The notes under the pieces: model-generated | Told to the model about the DNA's origin: nothing | What the model saw: the letters and a program-made list of their open reading frames with translations, nothing else | Database searches by the model: none | Source: Pseudomonadota bacterium | Lineage (GTDB): Bacteria; Bdellovibrionota_F; JAHFAK01; JBDREC01 | Direction: 5' to 3' | Assembly: GCA_043820105.1 (NCBI GenBank) | Contig: JBDREC010000041.1 | Location: 1-64,000, forward strand | DNA: 64,000 bases | Part shown: positions 10,110 through 20,882 of the stretch, one piece after another | Layout of the letters: every line of letters begins with the position of its first letter | How positions within the stretch are numbered: position 1 is the first letter of the stretch | Position numbers and translations under genes: made by a program

Positions 10110-11426
10110 ATGATTATTATTGATTATTTAATAAATATACCTGCGTTTTTCAAGGTCTTGTTTATCTTTATTTCCATTTTAAGTCTTTATAGGCTAGGAC
10201 TGGCTCTTAGCCTTTCAATGATAGTTTCAGCACTTTTTTTAACCTTTTGGACAGGTGTAGGAGTTCAAGGAATAAAATTTCAACTGCTAGCCCTTTTAAA
10301 ACCTGAAAATTATCTCTTATTGCTAATAATTACCCTCCTTTTACTTTTTAGTGAAGCCTTGAGTAAAAGCAATCGCATGCAATTAACTGTTGATGCTTTA
10401 AAATCAATTTTTCCATATCCGAAAATATTATTAATGGGTTTGCCAGCTCTGGTTGGTATTATTCCAATGCCAGGAGGAGCCCTTTTTTCCGCCCCATTAA
10501 TTGATTCTATTGATGATAAAAAAACCTTAAAACCCTGTTTAAAATTAGCAGTAAATTATTGGTTTAGGCATATTTGGGAATATTGGTGGCCTCTTTATCC
10601 AGGAGTAATATTAGCCATTCAATTAAGTGGTATAAAAGTAGGAAGCTATGCACTTGCAATGTCTCCTTTTACTATCATAGGTCTTTTAGCTGGCTACTTT
10701 TTTATATTAAGAAAAATTGAAGTGAATAAGATGAAAATTTCAACTACTAAAGCTAAATATAGAGATTTATTACCAGGCTTAATCCCTTTATTAATAGTAA
10801 TTTTTTCTTCAATTTTTGGATCTTTGATTTTTGCAAAACTTGGTATAAATGCGAAAATTGCAAATCTTTATGCAATGCTATTTGGTTTGCTTTTTGCTAT
10901 TAGTTTAATATTTATTAAAAATAAAGATTCAATAAAAGAAACCTTAAAAGTTTTTAAAACAAAGAAAATGCAAAATATACTTTTGGTTGTCTTAGGAGTA
11001 GAACTTTTTTATACTGCTCTGCAAATTCCATTAAATGCACAAGGTCTCACCTTAGTTGGATTAATGAGAGAAGAATTCTTGCAAGCTTCCTTTCCAATTA
11101 TCATAATAATTATGCTTCTACCATTTATATCAGGTCTTGTAACAGGCATAGCCTTTGGCTTTGTTGGAGCAAGCTTCCCAATCATAATTCCTTTGCTAGG
11201 CGATAATCCATCCTTTGGCTTATTATTATCAACTGTTGTGATTGCCTTTAACTTTGGATATATGGGTCAAATCCTATCTCCTGTTCATGTTTGCCTGGTA
11301 GTAACAAATGAATACTTTAAAACAAAAATATATCAGGTCTATAAATATATTTGGAAACCGATTTTGGTGTTTTTGGTGTGGACGTTTTTAATAGCTGGAC
11401 TATATTATGTATTATTTCCCTCCTAA
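10110..11426 (+). CDS. DUF401-family membrane protein (putative transporter)
   Basis: Many TM segments; PALVGIIPMPGGALFSAP, NYWFRHIWEYWWPLYPG, LSPVHVCL. Confidence 0.8.
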   Translation: MIIIDYLINIPAFFKVLFIFISILSLYRLGLALSLSMIVSALFLTFWTGVGVQGIKFQLLALLKPENYLLLLIITLLLLFSEALSKSNRMQLTVDALKSIFPYPKILLMGLPALVGIIPMPGGALFSAPLIDSIDDKKTLKPCLKLAVNYWFRHIWEYWWPLYPGVILAIQLSGIKVGSYALAMSPFTIIGLLAGYFFILRKIEVNKMKISTTKAKYRDLLPGLIPLLIVIFSSIFGSLIFAKLGINAKIANLYAMLFGLLFAISLIFIKNKDSIKETLKVFKTKKMQNILLVVLGVELFYTALQIPLNAQGLTLVGLMREEFLQASFPIIIIIMLLPFISGLVTGIAFGFVGASFPIIIPLLGDNPSFGLLLSTVVIAFNFGYMGQILSPVHVCLVVTNEYFKTKIYQVYKYIWKPILVFLVWTFLIAGLYYVLFPS

Positions 11427-11429
11427 TCA

Positions 11430-11495
11430 TTAATTATTAATTATTAATTGTTAATTATTGATTATTTTAGTTCACGTTCACGAGCACGAGCACGA
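11430..11495. repeat. (TTAATTA/G)n plus (CACGAG/CACGTT)n between convergent genes
   Basis: Direct reading. Confidence 0.75.
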
Positions 11496-11519
11496 TTAAT
11501 ATTAAGCAGTGACATAGCA

Positions 11520-12872
11520 TTATATCGAATATAAATTTTTAATCAAAATATACTCCTCTGAAACCTCTTCCACAACTCCATCAACAGGACTATGCACAGG
11601 AACTGCCATTGCATCGTCTTTTTTATGAATGGCTAGCATTTCAAATTTTGAAACTCTATTTTTTTCAAAAACGAGTGGAGTAAGCAGATTTCCAAAATTT
11701 GGTTTTAAATTTATTTTAAGATATTTGGGTATGAATTTATAAGCTATTTTTGCATAGTGTTTATTATATTTATCCACATCAAGCATTTGCGCTAAACGTG
11801 AAATAGCGAACTTTTTTCCATCTCGATTTATTCTTACTGCATCGACTTTATTGGTAAGCGGATTTCTTATTTGGTTATTAATGAATTCTTTTTTATATGC
11901 TTCATAAAGATTTTTTGGAGCAAGTCCACAAGGACAAACAACAGCACATAATCCACAAAAACAACAAAGAAAAGAAGCGAAAAATGATTCCGCTGTATCA
12001 GTCTTTGAAAGAGCTGAATCTCTCATGACCATATGTGGTTTAATCCTATGACCATTTAAGTAGCGAGGGCAGAACTCTGTACACTGAGTACATTGATCAC
12101 AAGCTGAGCGGGCTCTTTTAATTTGTTCATCAATTGTAATTGATTTTAACTGAATAAGCTTATGATCTTTTGGAACAACAATAATACCGCCAGTTACTTT
12201 TTGAACACAATTTTGCAGTGCTGAAACAGAACCCATCATAGGTCCACCATCAATAATTGCTATATTATCAATTGCGTTTCTATAGGTTTTTTTTAGACCA
12301 CCAGCTATCATTATTAAATCTGCAAAGCTGGTTCCAATTGGCACATTATAAACACCTGGCGTTTTTACTTCACCAGCAACTGTTACATATTTATAAATAA
12401 GTACTTCATCATTTTTTAAAGCATCATGAAGATTAATTAGAGTTGTAACATTGCTAACTAAAACACCAACATTCAGTGGTATTGCACCTTCAGGGATTAT
12501 TCTTTTTGTAGCTTCATATACCAAGGTATGTTCATCCCCTGCTGGATAAAAATCAGCAAGCGTGCATATTTCAATATTTTCTATTTCTTTAGTAGCTCTT
12601 ATTAATCGTTCTTTAGCAAGGTGATAATGATCCTTTAAAGCAATGATTCCTTTTTTTGCAGCAGTTAAATCCATAGCTATTAAAACACCAGAAACCAGCT
12701 TATCAAAATGCTCTTCCATCATTACCCTATCAGAAGAAAGACAAGGTTCGCACTCAGATCCATTTGCTAAAACAATTTCAACTTTAGAGTTAAGTTTAAA
12801 AAAGGCAGGAAAACCAGCACCGCCAGCACCAACTATTCCAGCATTACGAATTTTTTCTAAGGTTTTATTCAT
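11520..12872 (-). CDS. PduS/RnfC-like flavin Fe-S oxidoreductase (NADH-binding module, SLBB domain, 4Fe-4S dicluster)
   Basis: GIVGAGGAGFP, NGSECEP, YPAGDE, GGPMMG, CDQCTQCTEFCP, CCFCGLCAVVCP, C-terminal PVHSPVDGVV. Confidence 0.8.
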   Translation of the reverse strand: MNKTLEKIRNAGIVGAGGAGFPAFFKLNSKVEIVLANGSECEPCLSSDRVMMEEHFDKLVSGVLIAMDLTAAKKGIIALKDHYHLAKERLIRATKEIENIEICTLADFYPAGDEHTLVYEATKRIIPEGAIPLNVGVLVSNVTTLINLHDALKNDEVLIYKYVTVAGEVKTPGVYNVPIGTSFADLIMIAGGLKKTYRNAIDNIAIIDGGPMMGSVSALQNCVQKVTGGIIVVPKDHKLIQLKSITIDEQIKRARSACDQCTQCTEFCPRYLNGHRIKPHMVMRDSALSKTDTAESFFASFLCCFCGLCAVVCPCGLAPKNLYEAYKKEFINNQIRNPLTNKVDAVRINRDGKKFAISRLAQMLDVDKYNKHYAKIAYKFIPKYLKINLKPNFGNLLTPLVFEKNRVSKFEMLAIHKKDDAMAVPVHSPVDGVVEEVSEEYILIKNLYSI

Positions 12873-12880
12873 AGTTTATA

Positions 12881-12962
12881 ACTTACGACTTACGACTTAC
12901 GACTTACGACTTACGACTTATGACTTATGACTTACGACTTACGACTTACGACTTATGACTTA
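12881..12962 (-). repeat. Heptamer repeat (TAAGTCG/TAAGTCA on minus), about 12 units
   Basis: Fills almost the whole gap between ndk and the PduS-like gene. Confidence 0.95.
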
Positions 12963-13376
12963 CTAAACTAACTCAATAGCACTAAAAAAATATCCAATTT
13001 CAAAAGCAGCTGTTTCAGGTGCATCGGAACCATGCACGCAATTATTCTGAATGCTGTCTGCAAAATCTTTTCTTATTGTACCAGGTTCGGCATTTTCAGG
13101 GTTAGTCGCTCCCATTATTTCTCTATTTCTTTTAATAACATCTTCTGCTTCTAAGGCAACAACAACACAGGGTCCTGAAGTCATAAACTCAACTAAGCTA
13201 TCAAAAAAAGGCTTTCCTTTATGTACGCAATAGAAACCTTGAGCTTCTTTTTCGGAAAGGTGTTTAAGCTTCATTCCAATTATGTTAAAACCAGCTTCAG
13301 TATATCTTTTAATTATTTCACCTGTTAATTTTTTCTTAAAAGCATCTGGTTTAATTATTCCTAATGTTCTTTCCAT
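12963..13376 (-). CDS. ndk: Nucleoside diphosphate kinase
   Basis: ERTLGIIKPDA, GATNP, PGTIR, NCVHGSD; start 13376 preferred for GGAG spacing (13385 possible). Confidence 0.97.
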   Translation of the reverse strand: MERTLGIIKPDAFKKKLTGEIIKRYTEAGFNIIGMKLKHLSEKEAQGFYCVHKGKPFFDSLVEFMTSGPCVVVALEAEDVIKRNREIMGATNPENAEPGTIRKDFADSIQNNCVHGSDAPETAAFEIGYFFSAIELV

Positions 13377-13938
13377 CTTTTTCATCTCCTTTATAATTTT
13401 TAGCTAATTCAATACCAAATTCTAAAGCTTTTCTATTTAATTCTTCACTTCCCTTTGGAACTCTAGCAAGCACTGCTTTTCTAATTGCTGTTTCCGAAAC
13501 AATACCAGTAATTTCAGCTACAGAGCCAAGCATAATGATATTAGCGACAATTTCTTTGCCAAGATTTTCTTTTGCTAATCTAACAAAGGGAATTTTATAA
13601 AGCTTATAATCACCTTTTGGTAATTCCCAAACTCTATCATTATCAATTATTAAATTTCCATTTTGCTTAAGATCACCATGATATTTATCACATGCTTCTT
13701 GAGTCAGGGCAACTAAAGTATCAATCTCAATAGCTTTTGGAAAATCAATTGCTTCATCAGAAATAATAACTTCTGATTTACTAGCTCCACCTCGTGCCTC
13801 AGGACCATAAGACTGACTTTGAATAGCCTGTTTATTATCATAAATTGCAGCTGCTTCTGCTAGAATAACCCCAGCTAAAATCATTCCCTGACCACCAGAG
13901 CCTGAAAGTCTCACTTCATACCTTTTTTTCATAGGCAT
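13351..13938 (-). CDS. korC: 2-oxoglutarate/2-oxoacid:ferredoxin oxidoreductase gamma subunit
   Basis: RLSGSGGQG, SYGPEARGGAS; operon context. Confidence 0.9.
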   Translation of the reverse strand: MPMKKRYEVRLSGSGGQGMILAGVILAEAAAIYDNKQAIQSQSYGPEARGGASKSEVIISDEAIDFPKAIEIDTLVALTQEACDKYHGDLKQNGNLIIDNDRVWELPKGDYKLYKIPFVRLAKENLGKEIVANIIMLGSVAEITGIVSETAIRKAVLARVPKGSEELNRKALEFGIELAKNYKGDEKDGKNIRNN

Positions 13939-13950
13939 TTTTAATTCTCC

Positions 13951-14778
13951 TTACATTTTCATTTTACGTTCTTGAACACCTTCAACTAATTTATTATATC
14001 CTTCAAGAAATTCTTCTCTTTTTTCTTCATGAAGTATTCCTATAACAGTTTTGCCATTCAATTCCTCTTCTGTCATAGAATCAGCTTTTGCCTTTGGCAC
14101 AGCGATATCCTTAAACCAATTCAATAAAGAAACAGGAGTTTTTAAATCATTCTTTCTACCATAAGCTGTTGGGCAACCTGATAAAATCTCAACCACAGAA
14201 AATCCTTTGTGAGCAATTGCTTTTGCCAAAAGAGTATGCATAGTTGCAGCGTGATAAGCTGTAGTTTTTGCAACAAAGGTGGCACCAGCTCCAATTGCCA
14301 GCTGAGCAATGTCAAAATTTGGTTCAACCATTCCATAAGGAGCAGTTGTCGCATATTTTGTTTGTGGAGTTGTGGGGGAAAATTGGCCCCCAGTCATTCC
14401 ATATATAAAATTATTAAAAACGAATAAGGTCATATCAAGGTTTCTTCGGCACGCATGTATAAAATGATTACCACCAATAGCTGTTGCATCACCATCGCCA
14501 GAAACAGCAATAACAGTAAGCTCAGGTTTTGCAAACTTTATACCTGTACCAAATGCCAGGGACCTGCCATGTGTTGTATGTAAAGTATTAAGATCAACAT
14601 ATCCAGGAATTCGGCTAGAACAGCCAATTCCAGATATCATAGCAGTTTCATCTCTGTGTAAACCTAAAGCATCAATAGCCCTAATTATTGCCTTTAAAAT
14701 TGAGCCATGACTGCAACCTGCACAAAGTATATGAGGGAATTTGTCTTCCCTTAAATAATGTTCATAATTAAAAGCCAT
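13951..14778 (-). CDS. korB: 2-oxoglutarate/2-oxoacid:ferredoxin oxidoreductase beta subunit
   Basis: CAGC, SGIGCS, HTTHGR, GDGD TPP motif, YGMTGGQFSPT. Confidence 0.92.
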   Translation of the reverse strand: MAFNYEHYLREDKFPHILCAGCSHGSILKAIIRAIDALGLHRDETAMISGIGCSSRIPGYVDLNTLHTTHGRSLAFGTGIKFAKPELTVIAVSGDGDATAIGGNHFIHACRRNLDMTLFVFNNFIYGMTGGQFSPTTPQTKYATTAPYGMVEPNFDIAQLAIGAGATFVAKTTAYHAATMHTLLAKAIAHKGFSVVEILSGCPTAYGRKNDLKTPVSLLNWFKDIAVPKAKADSMTEEELNGKTVIGILHEEKREEFLEGYNKLVEGVQERKMKM

Positions 14779-15917
14779 TATATTACTTCCTTATATTTAT
14801 CAATAATTTGTTGTGGTTTAACAGGTTCTCCATCAACCCTTCCAACATGACTAACTTTTTTTCTATCTGTATATCTCTCAACTTCAATAACCAATTGACC
14901 AAGATTCATTTCTGCAACAATGATCTTTTTCATTTTCGCAGCCAAGTTTTCAAATTCTTTTTCAGGAAAAGGCCAAAGAGTTATTGGACGAAATAAACCA
15001 ATCTTAACTCCTTCACTTCTTAAGGTATCAACCGCTACTTTTGCTGAGCGCGCTGTAGATCCAAAAGAAACAAACAAGTATTCAGCATCATCAGTTCTAT
15101 ATGACTCTGTTTTTAAAATATCATCAAGATTTTGATTAATCTTAGCCATCAGTCTTTCTTCATCTTTTTGGATTTGCGGATTGCTATTAATAGGAAAACC
15201 TGTTTTATCATGATTAAGGCCAGTTGCATGAAACCTGTAGCCTTCACCAAAATTAGCCATTTCAGGCACTAAAGTCTTAGAATCATCATATGGTAAATAA
15301 TCTTGAGGCTTAACACTTGGTTTTTTTCTATCAAATATTTCAACATCTTTAACATAAGGAAAGGTAAATTTTTCTCGCATATGTGCAATAATTTCATCAA
15401 TAACTATAATAACAGGATTTCTATATTTTTCAGAAAGATTAAAAGCCCGAACTGTTTCCCAAAAGGATTCTTCAATTGAATTAGGAGCCAAGCATATAAC
15501 AGGATGATCTCCATGAGTTCCCCATCTGGCTTGCTGGATATCTGATTGAGATGGGCCTGTAGGTTGACCGGTTGAGGGTCCTCCTCTCATAATATCAACA
15601 ATCACACATGGAACTTCTGTAATACAGGCAAAACCTATATTTTCTTGTTTTAATGAAAACCCAGGGCCAGAGGTTGCTGTCATTGACTTAAGCCCTGCAA
15701 AACTTGCACCAATTACAGAAGCCATTGCAGCTATCTCATCTTCCATTTGAATAAATTTTCCCCCAAGCATAGGCAACCTAAATGCTAAGTGTTCAGCGAT
15801 TTCAGTTGAAGGTGTAATTGGATAACCACCATAAAACCTACATCCAGCATAAAGAGCGCCTTCAGCACAAGCTTCATTTCCCTGAATGAGCTTTGTTTTA
15901 CCTTCATACATTTTCAT
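14778..15917 (-). CDS. korA: 2-oxoglutarate/2-oxoacid:ferredoxin oxidoreductase alpha subunit
   Basis: GNEA, YPITPSTE, QMEDEI, TSGPGFSLKQE, RGGPSTG. Confidence 0.92.
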   Translation of the reverse strand: MKMYEGKTKLIQGNEACAEGALYAGCRFYGGYPITPSTEIAEHLAFRLPMLGGKFIQMEDEIAAMASVIGASFAGLKSMTATSGPGFSLKQENIGFACITEVPCVIVDIMRGGPSTGQPTGPSQSDIQQARWGTHGDHPVICLAPNSIEESFWETVRAFNLSEKYRNPVIIVIDEIIAHMREKFTFPYVKDVEIFDRKKPSVKPQDYLPYDDSKTLVPEMANFGEGYRFHATGLNHDKTGFPINSNPQIQKDEERLMAKINQNLDDILKTESYRTDDAEYLFVSFGSTARSAKVAVDTLRSEGVKIGLFRPITLWPFPEKEFENLAAKMKKIIVAEMNLGQLVIEVERYTDRKKVSHVGRVDGEPVKPQQIIDKYKEVI

Positions 15918-15918
15918 A

Positions 15919-16176
15919 TTACTTTTCCTTTTTCTTTTCTTTTTTGGTTATTTTGATAGCAAAGTCTGGACATCTATATTCACATAACATACAACCTGTG
16001 CATTCTTCTGGTTTTGCAACATAGATTTTAAAATTTCTTATTTCCAGAACTTTTTGAGGGCAAAATTCAACACAAATACCACAGGCTTTACAGAAGTCTG
16101 GAATTACTTCAATCTCTGCCTTTGGTCCATCAAATTTTTTTGATTTAAAATCGGAAAATTCTTTCTTTTTTTTCAT
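15919..16176 (-). CDS. korD: 4Fe-4S ferredoxin (delta subunit)
   Basis: CKACGICVEFCP and CTGCMLCEYRCPDFAI. Confidence 0.9.
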   Translation of the reverse strand: MKKKKEFSDFKSKKFDGPKAEIEVIPDFCKACGICVEFCPQKVLEIRNFKIYVAKPEECTGCMLCEYRCPDFAIKITKKEKKKEK

Positions 16177-17052
16177 TTATCTATCTCCCATTGCTTCTAG
16201 TACTTTTTTTCCAATATCAGCTGGTGATTGGGCTACGTATACTCCGGCGTCAAGGAGTGCTGTAATTTTATCCTGAGCTGTTCCTTTGCCTCCTGCAATA
16301 ATAGCCCCAGCATGCCCCATTCTCTTTCCTTTAGGAGCTGTTAGGCCGGCGATAAAGCTGACCACAGGCTTCTTAACATTTTCTTTAATAAAGAAGGCTG
16401 CCTCTTCTTCTGCGGTTCCACCAATCTCACCAATCATTACTATACATTCTGTTTCATGGTCCTTATTAAAAAGATCTATAAGGTCAATAAAATTTGTTCC
16501 ATTTACAGGGTCTCCACCGATTCCAATGCAAGTTGATTGGCCTAAACCAAGTCTTGTAACCTGATCAACAGCTTCATAAGTCAGCGTACCACTTCTAGAA
16601 ATAATTCCAACAGATCCTTTTTTATGAATATAACCAGGCATGATTCCAATCTTACATTCATCTGGAGTAATAATGCCTGGGCAATTAGGACCAATTAACC
16701 TTGTGCCAGATTCTTTGATTGCTTGCTTTACTTTTACCATATCCATTATTGGAATGCCTTCAGTTATAGCAACAACTAAAGGAATCGACATGCTGGCAGC
16801 TTCCATTATTGCATCAGCCGAAAAAGCAGCTGGAACAAATATAACGCTGGCTGTGGGATTCACTGCCTTGCATGCTTCTTCAACTGTATTAAATATGGGA
16901 ACATTTTTAAACTTTTCTCCACCTTTGCCTGGGGTAACACCACCAACAATATTTGTTCCATAGTCTAAACATTTTTCTGCATGAAAAGCTCCGGCTGAAC
17001 CGGTTATACCTTGTACTAAAACCCTGGTTTCTTTATTTACTAGAATGGACAT
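16177..17052 (-). CDS. sucD: Succinyl-CoA synthetase alpha subunit
   Basis: [34 protein letters not shown]; start revised to 17052 (GGAG RBS; upstream extension is translated repeat). Confidence 0.97.
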   Translation of the reverse strand: MSILVNKETRVLVQGITGSAGAFHAEKCLDYGTNIVGGVTPGKGGEKFKNVPIFNTVEEACKAVNPTASVIFVPAAFSADAIMEAASMSIPLVVAITEGIPIMDMVKVKQAIKESGTRLIGPNCPGIITPDECKIGIMPGYIHKKGSVGIISRSGTLTYEAVDQVTRLGLGQSTCIGIGGDPVNGTNFIDLIDLFNKDHETECIVMIGEIGGTAEEEAAFFIKENVKKPVVSFIAGLTAPKGKRMGHAGAIIAGGKGTAQDKITALLDAGVYVAQSPADIGKKVLEAMGDR

Positions 17053-17066
17053 TGTGTCTCCTGGTA

Positions 17067-17100
17067 TAAGTGGTAAGTGGTAAGTGGTAAGTGGTAAGTG
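17067..17100 (-). repeat. Heptamer repeat (CACTTAC on the minus/sense strand), about 5 units
   Basis: Immediately upstream of the sucD RBS. Confidence 0.9.
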
Positions 17101-17136
17101 ATATACCACTGACTAAAAACAACTTAAAACTAATAT

Positions 17137-18297
17137 CTATTTTGTGGCATCCACGGCTTTCTTTGCAGCGTCTGCCATATCATCAGCTGTTATTAAATCA
17201 AGACCTGATTCTTGTAATATTTTTTTGCCAAGTTCAACATTAGTACCTTCAAGTCGAATAATTAAGGGCACTTTTAGCTCAAGCTTTTTACTTGCAGCTA
17301 CAATTCCAGAGGCAATAACATCACACTTAACAATTCCGCCAAAAATATTTACTAAAATTGCTTTAACTTTTTCATCTTGAGTGATAATTTTAAAAGCTTG
17401 GGAAACTCTTTCTTCATCTGCTGTTCCGCCTACATCTAAAAAGTTAGCTGGCTCGCCACCGTGCATTTTTATTATATCCATAGTTGCCATAGCAAGCCCT
17501 GCCCCATTAACCATGCAACCAATATTGCCATTAAGACTTATATAACTTAAATCATGCTTTGAAGCTTCTAGTTCTTTTGGATCTTCTTCATCAGGATCGT
17601 GATATTCAAGCAGTTCTTTGTGTTTAAATATTGCACTTGAATCAAAGTTGACCTTAGCGTCTAAAGCAATAATATCACCTTCACATGTAAGGACCATAGG
17701 ATTAATTTCAACTAAAGAAGCATCCATCTTTACAAAAAACTTATAAAGATTTGAGAAAAAAGATAGACTTGATTTAAATGCCTTTCCAGTAAGACCCAAT
17801 TTAAAAGCTATATTTCTTGCTATATAAGCTGGCAATTCATCTGAAAAGCTAACAAGTTCAGTAATGATTTTTTCAGGGGTTTCGCTAGCTACTTTTTCAA
17901 TCTCCATTCCTCCTTCACAACTTGCCATTAAGGCAATTTTGGAGGTTTTTCTATCAAGCACAATCCCAAAATAAAATTCTTTTTCAATATTTAAACCTTC
18001 TTCAATTAATACCTTTTTAACCTCTTTGCCTTCTTTCCCTGTTTGATGAGTAACAAGATTCATGCCAAGAATATTTTCAAAGTTTGTTTTCATCTCTTCT
18101 ATACCCTTTGAAACCTTAACACCTCCCCCTTTACCTCGTCCACCAGCGTGAATTTGTGCTTTTACAACATAAATATCATTTTCAATTTCAGACGCTACCC
18201 TCATTGCATCATCTATGGTATATGCAACATTACCTTTTGGAATTGGTACATTAAATTTTTCAATCAATTCTTTTGCCTGATACTCATGTATTTTCAT
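17137..18297 (-). CDS. sucC: Succinyl-CoA synthetase beta subunit
   Basis: [41 protein letters not shown]; start revised to 18297. Confidence 0.97.
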   Translation of the reverse strand: MKIHEYQAKELIEKFNVPIPKGNVAYTIDDAMRVASEIENDIYVVKAQIHAGGRGKGGGVKVSKGIEEMKTNFENILGMNLVTHQTGKEGKEVKKVLIEEGLNIEKEFYFGIVLDRKTSKIALMASCEGGMEIEKVASETPEKIITELVSFSDELPAYIARNIAFKLGLTGKAFKSSLSFFSNLYKFFVKMDASLVEINPMVLTCEGDIIALDAKVNFDSSAIFKHKELLEYHDPDEEDPKELEASKHDLSYISLNGNIGCMVNGAGLAMATMDIIKMHGGEPANFLDVGGTADEERVSQAFKIITQDEKVKAILVNIFGGIVKCDVIASGIVAASKKLELKVPLIIRLEGTNVELGKKILQESGLDLITADDMADAAKKAVDATK

Positions 18298-18525
18298 ATG
18301 CTTATCTATCCTTTTTTTATTTGTAAACTTGAGAACAAATACTATCTGCATATAAGTTTTTAAGTCTAGAAAGGCAAGAAAATTGGATTAATTTTACTAA
18401 TATTTTTCAATATATTCTTCTAGATTCCAGAAAAATTTCTTTAATTCAGATGAAATCCATACAGATAATTTGCTAAGCAGAACATATCACTTTAATTTCA
18501 TTAGGCAAAATTAAAAATGAATATT

Positions 18526-18542
18526 TTGGCTTTAAAATTGCA
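18526..18542 (+). promoter_or_regulatory. Sigma-54 promoter
   Basis: TTGGCTTTAAAATTGCA: GG-N10-GC, about 43 bp upstream of ATG 18585. Confidence 0.65.
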
Positions 18543-18584
18543 ATAAGAATTTAGCACTTATTAACTTATTACAAGGAGGATTAC

Positions 18585-19772
18585 ATGAAAAAATTATTAT
18601 TAACTCTAGCATTATTATTGTTATTATTTTCCTGTTCATCGGAAAACACAAGCAGCATATCAGCTGAACAAGCTTCCACAGGAACTTTATTTGTTAAACT
18701 TGATGCTGAAGAAAACATTTCTGGAAGTTTAAATATTATTATTGCTGCAGATGACTTTACCCAAAGCATAGAAGAAGATTTTACAAGAGATAATCTTACT
18801 GAAGCCTTTACAATTCATAATATTCCAGTTGGAATTGATCGAAGCATTTCTATAGAAGCTTATGATGAAGAAAATAACCTTATATATATAGGTAGTGAAG
18901 ATGGAATAATAATCACTGAAAATACAATTACAGAAATTACAATTACCTTAATATCTTTTGCTGAAGATGAAACAACCGGAAGCCTAAGTATCTATTTAGA
19001 TGTGAACAATGCACCTAATATTCTTTCTCTTATAATAGACCCTGAAACGGTTTATACATCTTCTCTGGTAAATTTGTATTGTATCTCAAATGATGCTGAT
19101 AATGATGACATAACTTATTCATGGGAAGCAAGTGCCGGAAGTTTTGATGATATCTCACTGCAAGCACCTATTTGGACAGCTCCAAATAATGCTCAAGATG
19201 TTAGCTTTACAATCACAATATATGATGGATTTAGTGAATCCGAATTTTCTTTTAATATTACTATTGAGAGTGAGCCAGTTGAATATGCATTAGTAATTAA
19301 TGAGTTTTTAGCAGATCCTCCAGAAGATCCACTCCTTGGAGATGTTAACCAGGATGGAATAGTATCTACATCAGAAGATGAATTTATTGAAATTGTCAAT
19401 TACAGTGAAACAAGCATCAATTTAGAAAACTTTAGCATTTATGATTCATCTAGCTTAAGGCACACATTTACAGCAAATGATGTACTTGGAAGTTATGAAG
19501 CCATAGTGATTTTCGGAGGAGGAAATATTGATGCACTAACATATACTGCGACCATTGCCTCTGAAGGCTGCTTAAGTTTAAATAATAGTGGTGATGAAAT
19601 TTATTTAAAAGATGCTCAGGGTAATACTATTGATTCAACAATTTATGCTCAAGAAGGTGGAAACAATGAATCATTGACCTTAGATCCGGATATAACAGGT
19701 GAATTTATTGGACATACAAATATTGGAGACGTCTATTCTCCAGGATATAGAAATGATGGCAGTGAATTTTGA
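18585..19772 (+). CDS. Acidic lipoprotein with an Ig/PKD-like region and a C-terminal lamin-tail domain
   Basis: AGGAGG RBS; lipobox LFSC; LVINEFLADP..DEFIEIVN..LSLNNSGDEI..SPG. Confidence 0.8.
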   Translation: MKKLLLTLALLLLLFSCSSENTSSISAEQASTGTLFVKLDAEENISGSLNIIIAADDFTQSIEEDFTRDNLTEAFTIHNIPVGIDRSISIEAYDEENNLIYIGSEDGIIITENTITEITITLISFAEDETTGSLSIYLDVNNAPNILSLIIDPETVYTSSLVNLYCISNDADNDDITYSWEASAGSFDDISLQAPIWTAPNNAQDVSFTITIYDGFSESEFSFNITIESEPVEYALVINEFLADPPEDPLLGDVNQDGIVSTSEDEFIEIVNYSETSINLENFSIYDSSSLRHTFTANDVLGSYEAIVIFGGGNIDALTYTATIASEGCLSLNNSGDEIYLKDAQGNTIDSTIYAQEGGNNESLTLDPDITGEFIGHTNIGDVYSPGYRNDGSEF

Positions 19773-19774
19773 TT

Positions 19775-20167
19775 CTAACGTTTTGAAAATTGGAATCTTG
19801 CTCTGGCGCCTTTCTGACCATATTTCTTTCTTTCTTTAACCCTTGCATCACGAGTAATAAAACCATTTTTCTTTAAAATAGGTCTAAGCTCTGGGTTGTA
19901 TACTAACAAAGCTTTAGAGATTCCATGTTTAATTGCACCAGCTTGACCATTCGGTCCACCACCAGTTACAATAACACGAATCCCAAATTTGCCTTCAGTT
20001 TCTGTTAGTTTAAATGGCAAATTCATAACCATTTTTAGCACTTCTTGTTCAAAATAAACATCAAGTTTTTTTCCATTGATTGTAAAATCGCTTTTACCTT
20101 CAGTTAGGTTAACTCTTGCTATTGCTGACTTTCTTTTGCCAGTTGCGTAATATTTTTTTTCTTCCAT
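19775..20167 (-). CDS. rpsI: 30S ribosomal protein S9
   Basis: [33 protein letters not shown]. Confidence 0.99.
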   Translation of the reverse strand: MEEKKYYATGKRKSAIARVNLTEGKSDFTINGKKLDVYFEQEVLKMVMNLPFKLTETEGKFGIRVIVTGGGPNGQAGAIKHGISKALLVYNPELRPILKKNGFITRDARVKERKKYGQKGARARFQFSKR

Positions 20168-20196
20168 TTATTTTTCCTCAAAATTCAAAAAGATTT

Positions 20197-20628
20197 TTAT
20201 TTTAATTTATAAACAGCAGGTTTTTGTGCTTCATGTGGATGATTTTCATTAGCATAAACCTTAACCTTTGTAAGTTGCTTTCTACCCATAATATTCTTTT
20301 GCAGCATATTCTTAACAGCAAGCTTAATGACTCTGTCAGGATGCTTGCTAAGCATTTCACCTAAAGATGTTTCTTTAATGCCACCAATATATCCAGTATG
20401 TCTGTAATACATTTTGTTTGCTAATTTATTTCCAGTAACTTTGATTTTACTTGCATTGGTAATTACAACAAAATCTCCAACATCAGCGTGTGGTGTATAT
20501 TCAGGTTTGTATTTACCTCTTACAATATTAGCTACTTCTGTTGCTAATCTACCTAAAATTGCACCGCTTGCATCAATTACATACCATTTTTTTTCAACTT
20601 CACCATTTTTTGCAAAATAAGTTTTCAT
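20197..20628 (-). CDS. rplM: 50S ribosomal protein L13
   Basis: [36 protein letters not shown]. Confidence 0.99.
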   Translation of the reverse strand: MKTYFAKNGEVEKKWYVIDASGAILGRLATEVANIVRGKYKPEYTPHADVGDFVVITNASKIKVTGNKLANKMYYRHTGYIGGIKETSLGEMLSKHPDRVIKLAVKNMLQKNIMGRKQLTKVKVYANENHPHEAQKPAVYKLK

Positions 20629-20858
20629 GACTAACCTTCGTAAATTTTTTAGTATTATTAATAAACTTATGCAGCAAATTGAATATTCAGCATCAATTTG
20701 CTACCCACCCGTATTTAGCGAGCGCCAACCTATATAATATGCCTATCAAAAGTCAAGAAAAATTAAAGAAAATTGAAAATTGCTTAATATTTGGTCAATT
20801 TGTAAAAGAGCTTAAAATATTTAAGGATTTTTATAAAATTATCAAAGAATGACCGCAG

Positions 20859-20881
20859 TTTTCCACAAAACCTGTGGATAA
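20859..20881. promoter_or_regulatory. Inverted pair of DnaA-box-like sequences
   Basis: TTTTCCACA (1 mismatch) - 5 bp - TGTGGATAA (consensus). Confidence 0.45.
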
Positions 20882-20882
20882 T

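Noticed and set aside
11520-12872. rnfC of a complete Rnf complex
   Set aside because: Domain order resembles PduS and no rnfABDEG genes are adjacent
17053-17109. N-terminal extensions in the ORF track for sucD (also 47051, purH 59748, sucC 18351, 30819)
   Set aside because: They run through repeat or promoter DNA; downstream ATGs match family starts and mostly have better RBSs
16286-17380. Plus-strand ORFs opposite sucCD, and similar short antisense or nested ORFs throughout
   Set aside because: Fully overlap well-supported genes and show no motifs
20859-20881. Replication origin
   Set aside because: Only two boxes and no dnaA/dnaN/gidA context; kept only as a possible DnaA site
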